This document shows positions 9,400 to 16,407 of a stretch of 20,498 nucleotides of DNA, one piece after another. A model generated the notes under the pieces. That model did no database searches. It saw only the letters and a list, made by a program, of their open reading frames with translations, and had not been told where the DNA came from. This stretch comes from Candidatus Nanohalobium sp. (GTDB lineage: Archaea > Nanohalarchaeota > Nanosalinia > Nanosalinales > Nanosalinaceae): positions 1 to 20,498 of the forward strand of contig JBDGSL010000084.1 of assembly GCA_042217555.1 (NCBI GenBank), written 5' to 3'. Numbering within the stretch: position 1 is the first letter of the stretch; each line of letters opens with the position of its first letter. A program made the position numbers and the translations under genes.

Positions 9400-9849
9400 A
9401 TGGAGATAGGGCTGATAAGCTGCACAAAATCGAAGAAGGACGAGAAATCTCAGCCAAAAGAACTGTATATGGAGTCACAGCTGTTCCGCAAGAAACGGAA
9501 GTACGCAGAGAAACATCACGACAAGTGGTACATACTATCAGCTAAACATGGACTACTTGACCCTGAAGGTCAGCCAATAGAACCGTATGATGATACCCTT
9601 TCCGGTGCGAAGATCGGTAGAAAACGTGAGTGGAGTAAGAAGATTTTCAGGGAGATGAAACGAAGAGGCATTCTGGATGACGAGCTTGTCTTTCACGCTG
9701 GAAAAGATTACTACGGCTGTATCGTGCCTTTACTAGATAAAGAAGATGTTTCCTACCGTATACCTACTAGTGGACTTGGTATTGGGGAAAAGCTTGCGTG
9801 GTATACCGACCACCAGGTTAAACTTTTAACAAGATGCTTAATTTTCTAA
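9400..9849 (+). CDS. DUF6884-like (YaaA-related) protein
   Basis: 'ISCTKSK...PKELY...LFRK...WYILSAKHGLL...IEPYD...HAGKDY...GLGIGE' pattern. Likely start is the ATG at 9400. Confidence 0.75.
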   Translation: MEIGLISCTKSKKDEKSQPKELYMESQLFRKKRKYAEKHHDKWYILSAKHGLLDPEGQPIEPYDDTLSGAKIGRKREWSKKIFREMKRRGILDDELVFHAGKDYYGCIVPLLDKEDVSYRIPTSGLGIGEKLAWYTDHQVKLLTRCLIF

Positions 9850-10039
9850 CCTAGAGCATCAAATAGGTATTTAAAAGTTAAGTAGAAAGCTTGGACAGGC
9901 TTAAAGCCTTAACCAAAAGCAGAAAATGACGCATAAGTCTTGTCGCGTGCCTCCCGCATTACTAACTATTCGTTCGGTCTGTTTTCTCCCATTCCTGACC
10001 CCGTGTTTATAAGCGGGGGTTGAAGGAGTTGGACACACT

Positions 10040-10231
10040 ATGACCGACATACACGACAAAGAACGAGAACTTGACCAGTCCTTTAACCAGAACGAACCTC
10101 TCTATAGGTTGGAGACTCTAATTGACATACTGAAAGGTTTCATAGAGCACGACCAGATAACAGTAGAAGAAGCTCAAGAATACGAATCACATATTAGCGA
10201 AATAGAAGAGGAGTTAGAAGAAAGTATTTAG
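10040..10231 (+). CDS. Small acidic hypothetical protein
   Basis: 63 aa, E/D-rich, with TTTATAA at 10006-10012 upstream. Its stop abuts the tRNA-Pro 3' end. Confidence 0.6.
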   Translation: MTDIHDKERELDQSFNQNEPLYRLETLIDILKGFIEHDQITVEEAQEYESHISEIEEELEESI

Positions 10232-10302
10232 TGGCAGGAGGCGGATTTGAACCGCCGTCCGCACGTTCCGAACGTGCGATGATACCGCTACACTATCCCG
10301 CC
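10232..10302 (-). tRNA. tRNA-Pro(CGG), atypical (A37, G1-C72, G4-U69); no encoded CCA
   Basis: GGCGGGA TA GTGTAGCGGTATCAT C GCACG TTCGGAA CGTGC GGAC GGCGG TTCAAAT CCGCC TCCTGCC A forms a complete 71-nt cloverleaf; anticodon at 10270-10268. Confidence 0.9.
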
Positions 10303-10325
10303 AAAAAATTAGGAGAAAGAAGTTG

Positions 10326-11546
10326 TTAGCTCATTTCTTCCACCACTTCTCCTGCTTCAACTTCCTTCTTTTCTCCACTTCTGGACTCTATCTCAATCTT
10401 TCCGTCCTCAAGGAAGTTACTGCCCACGATAACTTTGCGGTTTACTCCGAGAAGATCAGAATCCCTGAACTGCTCTCCTGTGGACCGCTGACCGTCATAA
10501 AGCAGAACGTCTACTCCCTGCCCCTGTAGCTCTTGATAGATGCTCTCTGCTTTCTCCGTTACTTCCTCTTCGTGCCTTGCGGCAATCACAGAAAAGTTGA
10601 AAGCAGACACTTCTTCATTCCAAGTGATGCCATTCTGATCGTGATTCTGCTCTATGATCGCTGAAATCAATCGACTTACTCCGATCCCATAACTGGCCAT
10701 AACCACGTTCTCTGTATCTCCCTCTTCGGTATCGAAGGTTAGATCCATAGCTTCGCTGTATCGGGTTCCAAGTTTGAAACAGTGACCTATCTCTATACCG
10801 TTCACTTCACGGAGCTCTGAACCGCAGTTGCCGCAGTCGGCAGTTTCCAAGTCTTTGGTCCCAAATTCACAGTTGTCACATTTGAGGTATGTGTCGCTTC
10901 CGATCTCTGCTTCTGCCATAAATTCGTGGCTTTGACTTCCTCCCATAGAGCCGTTGTCAGCCGCAACTACAGAATACTCAAGACCGAGCCTATCGAAGAT
11001 AGTTCGGTAGGCGTTGAGGAACTCACGGTACTTCAACTGTAAACCTTCTCTGTCTTTGTGGAAGCTATAGGCGTCCTTCATAACGAACTCTTTCGCCCGC
11101 AAAAGACCGTTTCTGGCGTGGTCGTCCCTGAACTTTCTACCAATCTGGTAGATCGTTAGGTCGAGATCCCTGTAGCTCCTGATATACTTTCTTGTGAGTT
11201 CTACGGATGCTTCTTCGTGTGTTGCGGCGATGGTGAAGTCTTTGTCGTCTCTGTTCTTGAAGTTGAAGAACTCTTCTCCTTCAAAGTTCTTCCAACGCCC
11301 TGACTTCTCCCACAGTTCACTGGTCTGGAGAAGGTTCATCTTCACTTCTTGCCCGATTTCGTCCATTTCTTCTCTGATCACTGATTCTATGTTATTCAGA
11401 ACTCTCTGACCGAGATGGGAGAATCCGAAGGTTCCAGAGCCGTAGTTATGGACAAGTCCTGCTTGAACCGCCAGTTCAGCACTTTTACAGTGCGTATCGG
11501 CCTCCGTTTCCTTGGAGCTGGTTACGAAGAGATTACTGCGTCTCAC
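10326..11546 (-). CDS. proS: Proline--tRNA ligase, bacterial-type, short form lacking the INS editing domain
   Basis: MRRS...AGL...GSG N-terminus, LWEKSGRW, THEE, motif 2 YQIGRKFRD...EFVMKDAYSFH, GIEIGHCFKLGTRYS and motif 3 SYGIGVSR. Only a CxxC..CxxC loop sits where INS would be. GGTGAT SD before the GTG. Confidence 0.93.
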   Translation of the reverse strand: MRRSNLFVTSSKETEADTHCKSAELAVQAGLVHNYGSGTFGFSHLGQRVLNNIESVIREEMDEIGQEVKMNLLQTSELWEKSGRWKNFEGEEFFNFKNRDDKDFTIAATHEEASVELTRKYIRSYRDLDLTIYQIGRKFRDDHARNGLLRAKEFVMKDAYSFHKDREGLQLKYREFLNAYRTIFDRLGLEYSVVAADNGSMGGSQSHEFMAEAEIGSDTYLKCDNCEFGTKDLETADCGNCGSELREVNGIEIGHCFKLGTRYSEAMDLTFDTEEGDTENVVMASYGIGVSRLISAIIEQNHDQNGITWNEEVSAFNFSVIAARHEEEVTEKAESIYQELQGQGVDVLLYDGQRSTGEQFRDSDLLGVNRKVIVGSNFLEDGKIEIESRSGEKKEVEAGEVVEEMS

Positions 11547-11597
11547 CGCAGATCACCAGAAGTTGAGAAAGAATTTTTGTTAATAGATTTTGAGTGG

Positions 11598-11654
11598 TTA
11601 TCGAATCTGTTGTCGTGGTGGAACGTATCCACCTGTAGTTGAAACTTTGTTCAT
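11598..11654 (-). CDS. Putative leader peptide (uORF) of proS, MNKVSTTGGYVPPRQQIR
   Basis: An 18-codon ORF on the same strand, ending 51 nt before proS. Tandem CCA CCA codons lie on the 3' arm of the hairpin GGTGGA-TACGT-TCCACC. Confidence 0.5.
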   Translation of the reverse strand: MNKVSTTGGYVPPRQQIR

Positions 11655-11774
11655 AGAAATCACGGAAAATTCGGTATTCTGGCGACTAAAAGAACTCTCA
11701 AATATTCTACTGCCGAGGAACGTAGTCACCAGACATAACTCAAGAAGTTTTGGTGAATCTCTTAAATGTTTTGC

Positions 11775-12917
11775 CTATTTCGTAGCTCTGGTAACGGCGT
11801 AGTTGTCTTTCTTTTCCAGTATTTCTACCTTCTTGAATATTTGTTCTAACTGTTGTTCGTAGTTCATATTTTGGTTGTAGACGATGTAGAGTTCTCCACC
11901 TTTCCTTAATCTTTGATAGGAGTTCTGGAATATTTCGTCTGTTATTCCTTTGCCTTGATGTGTTGGAGGGTTAGATACTATCTTGTCGAATTTCTTTCCC
12001 TCAAATGTGTCGAGGCAGTCGGCGTGTTCCAAACTGTATTTTTCTATTTCGTTAAGTTGAAGGTTTCTTCCCGTCTGTTTTACTGCTTTCAGGTTGTTGT
12101 CGCTAAAGTAGATTTCAGGATCGTAGAGCTTTTTGAGGAAGATTCCGATAGCTCCATATCCGCAGGCCACGTCCCAAACTTTGTCTCCTGAATCTGCCTC
12201 TATATTTTCTATAAGTAACCTGCTTCCTTTGTCCAGAGAGGTAGGTGAGAACAGCCCTTCCACTGTCTCAAAATTGGCTTTAACACCATTTATTTCTGCT
12301 TCAAAACTTCTCTCAACGTCCACTTTTCGGTCTTCTATTTCTCCCTGTTTACTGTATCTGTATACGTGATAACCGTCCCTACTGTTAATCTTATCGAGTT
12401 CGCCGTCAAACTGTTTGAGCCAATCCTTGTACCTGTTGAGCCCTTCTTTCTTGCTGGAGGCAAGGTATAGTTCGCCGTCTTCTTCCAGCAAGTTGATTGC
12501 TTCTGTCAGGTTGTTTTTGACTATATCGGTGTTGGCGTATGGTTTCGGTGCGTAGAGAACCTTGTCGAAACTCTGCTCTATATCCTTTGGAGAGCTTATC
12601 TTCTTGCTTTGAGTATTTTCTATATCGTTTAGTTTGAGGTTGTGTTTGGTTATTTTGTGGGCTCTGTCGCTGGATTCTGCTAAAACTGTCTTTCCTTCAG
12701 GGGTGTAGTCTGCGAATATTACTCCGAGAAAACCGTAGCCCGGATACAGAACCAGTAAATCTTCCTCCTCTCCTGTTTCGACTGTATCAGCTAATAGAAG
12801 CTCTGCTTTCCTAAATCCTTCTTTGGATGCTACGCCGTCAGCAGTCTCAAAACTGTAAACCTTGCTTCCTTGATCGGTTTCAGATTTTAGTTTGAAACTG
12901 TACTGAAAACTGTCCAT
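11775..12917 (-). CDS. RsmC/RlmG-like two-domain MTS methyltransferase, paralog 2
   Basis: GLFSPTSLDKGSRLL, WDVACGYG and IVSNPPTHQG; colinear with 1995..3134. TTTAAA about 25 nt before the ATG suggests a leaderless transcript. Confidence 0.85.
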   Translation of the reverse strand: MDSFQYSFKLKSETDQGSKVYSFETADGVASKEGFRKAELLLADTVETGEEEDLLVLYPGYGFLGVIFADYTPEGKTVLAESSDRAHKITKHNLKLNDIENTQSKKISSPKDIEQSFDKVLYAPKPYANTDIVKNNLTEAINLLEEDGELYLASSKKEGLNRYKDWLKQFDGELDKINSRDGYHVYRYSKQGEIEDRKVDVERSFEAEINGVKANFETVEGLFSPTSLDKGSRLLIENIEADSGDKVWDVACGYGAIGIFLKKLYDPEIYFSDNNLKAVKQTGRNLQLNEIEKYSLEHADCLDTFEGKKFDKIVSNPPTHQGKGITDEIFQNSYQRLRKGGELYIVYNQNMNYEQQLEQIFKKVEILEKKDNYAVTRATK

Positions 12918-13006
12918 TAACCTTGGTTTCTTGCTTGTATCTTTAAATCAGAAATTGGCTGGAAAACTGGCTTAAAATTATAACAGCCTGAAAGAAAATC
13001 TTCTCT

Positions 13007-13537
13007 ATGGCTGGAACAGTATTCCTTGAAGGCGAAAAAATCAACTTGAGGACAATAGAAGAGGAAGATATAGAATTTCTACGAGACGGGGTAAATCACC
13101 CTGAAGTCCGCGTATATATGGGTAACAGAAAACCTCAAAACTACGAAAACGAAGAAGAGTTCTTTGAAGAACAAATCTGCGGAGAAGAAACAGTAGACCT
13201 GATGATTTCCAGAGATAGAGAAAAACTGGGCATAATCAGTCTAATGCCACAAGGAGATGACGCAGAAAAACTTGCCGAAATCGGTATCTGGATACACCCA
13301 GAACACCACGGAAACGGATACGGCACAGAAGCCTCCCAACTAATCACAGACTACGCCTTCAACCAATTAAACTACCATAAAATATACGCACGAGCTTATC
13401 AAGGTAACAAGGCGTCGCAGAGTGTCTGGGAAAAACTTGGGTTTGATAAGGAAGGAGTATTCAAAGACCACACCTTTACACAGGGCGAATACAAAGATGT
13501 CGTTTACTACGGTGTTTTAGAAGGTGATTGGCAGTGA
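13007..13537 (+). CDS. GNAT N-acetyltransferase, RimJ/RimL family
   Basis: 'LRTIEEED...AEIGIWIHPEHHGNGYGTEA...YAFNQLNYHKI...NKASQSVWEKLGF..EG'. Confidence 0.9.
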   Translation: MAGTVFLEGEKINLRTIEEEDIEFLRDGVNHPEVRVYMGNRKPQNYENEEEFFEEQICGEETVDLMISRDREKLGIISLMPQGDDAEKLAEIGIWIHPEHHGNGYGTEASQLITDYAFNQLNYHKIYARAYQGNKASQSVWEKLGFDKEGVFKDHTFTQGEYKDVVYYGVLEGDWQ

Positions 13538-14073
13538 CAGAAACCAAAAGTAAGTTTATGGAGTGGGATGATGTAGTTCTCCGACCTGTAGAAATGGATG
13601 ACGCAGAGTTTATCGCAGAAACAATCAGTCACGGCGAGGTCAGAGCATACCTTGGTAGAGCTCCGAGACCTATTAATGTATCACAGGAGGAAGAGTATAT
13701 TGAGGAGTTTAGTTCAGAGGATGACAGCGTTCATTTCCTTATAGAGTATCAAGGAGAAAAAGTCGGACACATATTCTTGGGTGGTTTGGAAAGTGATTAT
13801 GGTCGTAGCCACGTAGGATACTTTATACACCCAGAATATCACGGACAAGGAATCGGCACAAAGAGCTTGAAAATGGTCGTAACCTACACTTTCGAGACCC
13901 TGAATCGACACAAGATTAGAGGAGGATACTTGGAAGGAAACCCTGCCTCAAGACGAGTAATGGAAAAAGCAGGATTCCAAGAAGAAGGTACGGAAAGGCA
14001 CTATAAGTATGTAGACGGAGAATGGAAAAACGTCACTTGGATGAGCATACTGGAAAGTGAATACTATGAATAG
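13534..14073 (+). CDS. GNAT N-acetyltransferase, RimJ/RimL family (tandem paralog)
   Basis: 'VGYFIHPEYHGQGIGT...NPASRRVMEKAGFQEEG'. The GTG at 13534 overlaps the upstream TGA; alternative starts are 13528 and 13558. Confidence 0.88.
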   Translation: MTETKSKFMEWDDVVLRPVEMDDAEFIAETISHGEVRAYLGRAPRPINVSQEEEYIEEFSSEDDSVHFLIEYQGEKVGHIFLGGLESDYGRSHVGYFIHPEYHGQGIGTKSLKMVVTYTFETLNRHKIRGGYLEGNPASRRVMEKAGFQEEGTERHYKYVDGEWKNVTWMSILESEYYE

Positions 14074-14094
14074 TCTAAATAAAAAATTGATACT

Positions 14095-14832
14095 ATGAGA
14101 CCAGAAGAAGACGCTTACGGAGAAATACTTCACGCTATCCATACAGGTTCCGACCCTGAAGCAGGAGAAATTATAGAAAGAGACGACGGATTCATTCAAC
14201 ACACAGGATCAGCTAAAACCTATTTTCAAGAGTACAAGGAATGGTCTGAACAAGCTCAAGAAGCCATCCAACACGCACACGGAACCGTTTTAGATATTGG
14301 TTGTGGGGCAGGAAGACACGCACTATACTTACAAAACGAAAAAGGATTAACTGTTCGTGGAATAGATGTTTCTCCAAAAGCTATCGAAGTAGCCTCTGAT
14401 AGAGGGGTTGAGAAAACAAGCGTAGCTGGAATCAAAGATATTTCTGAACTATCTGAATCACCATATGACACTATAGTAATGCTTGGAAACAATCTTGGAT
14501 TATTAGGGACAAAACCCATTGAGCACCTTAACAAACTGGCAGACGCAACAACTGAAAACGCAACTCTGATCGGCCAAACCAGAGAGGCAACAGCCACAGA
14601 AAATCCAGAACACGTTCAATACCATCACTATAACAAAGTCCGAAACCGCCGACCCGGATGCCTACGCTTCCGCATACGCTACAAACACTTCAAAACACCA
14701 TTCTACGACTACCTCTACCTTGACAAAAACGAACTGAAAGAAATACTGGAACAAACCCCTTGGAAACTAAACACCACATACACTTCTGAAGAAACAACAG
14801 CATACACAGTAATCCTCGAGAAATCAAGATGA
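14095..14832 (+). CDS. Class I SAM-dependent methyltransferase
   Basis: VLDIGCGAGRHA, GIDVSP and YDTIVMLGNN. Confidence 0.88.
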   Translation: MRPEEDAYGEILHAIHTGSDPEAGEIIERDDGFIQHTGSAKTYFQEYKEWSEQAQEAIQHAHGTVLDIGCGAGRHALYLQNEKGLTVRGIDVSPKAIEVASDRGVEKTSVAGIKDISELSESPYDTIVMLGNNLGLLGTKPIEHLNKLADATTENATLIGQTREATATENPEHVQYHHYNKVRNRRPGCLRFRIRYKHFKTPFYDYLYLDKNELKEILEQTPWKLNTTYTSEETTAYTVILEKSR

Positions 14833-14839
14833 ACTTACT

Positions 14840-15298
14840 ATGAGAATAAGACGCTATCAACCTGAAGACAGTATTGGACCGTTGATCAGCAGATCTGTCG
14901 AAGATATTGATCCAGAGCATTATTCAAATGAACAGCAAAGGCATTTAGAAGAAGTAATCCCTGAAATGAATTTGGAGTTTGCTGAAAAAGACAGATACAA
15001 CTATTTCGTAGCCGTAGAAGATGACGAAATTATAGGAGTAGCGGGATATCAAAGCGAAAGTGGTACCGTAGCAGGAATCTTTGTAGATCCAGAACTCAAG
15101 GGTTCAGGCATAGGGTCGAAGCTAATGGATAGGATTGAGGAGGATGCCCAGTCAGAAGGGTTAGAGGAGATGGAGACTCTTGCCTCTTTGGAAGCAGTAG
15201 AGTTCTACAAGAAAAATAGCTACAAAGTTACAGAGGAAAAGAAACACGACATAGAAGGCAAAGACATAGGAATCAAAGTAATGAAGAAACAACTATAG
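14840..15298 (+). CDS. GNAT N-acetyltransferase
   Basis: 'IFVDPELKGSGIGSKLM...ASLEAVEFYKKNSY' acetyl-CoA binding motifs. Confidence 0.85.
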   Translation: MRIRRYQPEDSIGPLISRSVEDIDPEHYSNEQQRHLEEVIPEMNLEFAEKDRYNYFVAVEDDEIIGVAGYQSESGTVAGIFVDPELKGSGIGSKLMDRIEEDAQSEGLEEMETLASLEAVEFYKKNSYKVTEEKKHDIEGKDIGIKVMKKQL

Positions 15299-15306
15299 AG
15301 ATTGAA

Positions 15307-15765
15307 TTAAGTTCTCAAGTCTTCTTTTATCATTCTGACAGAGTCTTTGGAGTAGTTTTCTCCATTCTTGTAGTCTTGTATTGCGGCGAGTATGTAAGAT
15401 GCTCTTAAGTCGAGGTCTTCGATTTCTTGCTCTGTAAACCAGCCGTAATCGATTACGGTGTCTTCCTCTCTAATACTGACTTCGCCACTTTGAATCTGGG
15501 AGTGGTAGACGAAGTTGACGATGTTGTTTGGATCTTCTGATTCTGGAGGAATATATGTTTTCACGAGGCTTTCGGGTTCTACTGTCAGTCCTGTTTCCTC
15601 TTTCGCCTCACGCTTGGCTCCTTCTACTGGTGTTTCTCCGATTTCGAGGCTTCCAGCAGGAAGGTTCCATTCTCCTTTAACGTGTTCTTTTCCTTCTTGG
15701 ATCAGTAGGTATTTGTCGTCTTTTTCTATCAGGTTGGCGGCTACTACCACAAATTTTTGAGCCAT
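15307..15765 (-). CDS. NUDIX hydrolase
   Basis: Nudix box GSLEIGETPVEGAKREAKEETGL. Confidence 0.9.
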   Translation of the reverse strand: MAQKFVVVAANLIEKDDKYLLIQEGKEHVKGEWNLPAGSLEIGETPVEGAKREAKEETGLTVEPESLVKTYIPPESEDPNNIVNFVYHSQIQSGEVSIREEDTVIDYGWFTEQEIEDLDLRASYILAAIQDYKNGENYSKDSVRMIKEDLRT

Positions 15766-15935
15766 ATATGGCGTTTATAGATACATATTTTTCTTTCCTT
15801 CGCTATTGTTCCAGATTTCCCGGTTTTTGCTGTCGCTTGAAGAAAGCGTGTTAAAATTGCCAAGGGTATTTAACAGTCAAGGTAAAAGTGCCTTGTTAGA
15901 GGGTCTGGGAGACAAGGAGACCGAATACAGGGATA

Positions 15936-16114
15936 GTAAAGCCTGCCTCCCGCATCATTTCGTCTCACGAAATGCTGCTATTAACAGCATCGCCGAAGGC
16001 GAATGCTGTGCCCCGCACTTTTCCTCTGGAAAACATGCTAGAGCTGGAATCAAGTTCGAATCCAGCGTCCCGTATTTCCCCTCTGGAAGACATACTATAG
16101 TCGGAACCGGGTTC
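15936..16114 (+). repeat. Degenerate tandem array (about 3 units, 57-63 bp) of tRNA-3'-end-like sequence plus hairpin
   Basis: 15999-16057 and 16056-16114 align without gaps at 42/59 identities (hand count; period 57). The unit starting at about 15936 shares CCCGCA..TTT..TCT..GAAA..TGCTA. Confidence 0.7.
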
Positions 16115-16130
16115 TTTCCCCTCAAAGCCT

Positions 16131-16144
16131 GAAAGCTTATTTAA
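16131..16144 (+). promoter_or_regulatory. BRE/TATA promoter of tRNA-Arg
   Basis: GAAAGC-TTATTTAA about 35 nt upstream of the mature tRNA 5' end. Confidence 0.55.
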
Positions 16145-16179
16145 GAATACGACAGGCCTCAGTTAAACAGGCGAGGACA

Positions 16180-16326
16180 GGGCCCGTAGCTCAGCTTGGA
16201 CAGAGCATTCGGCTTCGGAACCTTAAGTTCTCCGATCTCTTGAGGAGAACAAGGAAAGAGAAGCGAACTTTGTGAGCTTCGACAGAAGTTACCGAAAGGT
16301 CCAGGGTTCAAATCCCTGCGGGCTCG
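16180..16326 (+). tRNA. tRNA-Arg(UCG) with a 72-nt intron (16219-16290) at position 37/38
   Basis: Exon 1 is GGGCCCGTAGCTCAGCTTGGACAGAGCATTCGGCTTCGG and exon 2 is ACCGAAAGGTCCAGGGTTCAAATCCCTGCGGGCTCG. The BHB-like junction has a CTTC/GAAG helix with GG|A and TT|A bulges. Confidence 0.92.
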
Positions 16327-16407
16327 AACTGGTTACGCTCAGATTCACACGCAAGGCAGGGTTCTCAGGAACCCCGCATCCTGATGATCGAACTCTCAGG
16401 AGTTCGT

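Noticed and set aside
10261..10277. Reading the tRNA anticodon as UCG (Arg)
   Set aside because: The 5-bp stem GCACG/CGTGC centres CGG in the 7-nt loop; UCG would need an off-centre register.
71..10302. The 71-98 fragment as the att partner of tRNA-Pro, defining a 10-kb island
   Set aside because: The T-stem and acceptor sequences differ (CCGGG/AGGGGGC versus GGCGG/TCCTGCC); only GGAC and the universal T-loop are shared.
15936..16114. CRISPR array
   Set aside because: Similarity extends across whole units with no identical-repeat/unique-spacer pattern, and there are no cas genes.
15898..16123. RNase P RNA or SRP RNA
   Set aside because: The size and terminal pairing are suggestive, and TAGTAAAGCCTG loosely echoes GAGGAAAGUCC. 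However, the conserved P4 motifs, helix order and SRP helix-8 motif are not present, and tandem repetition explains the region better.
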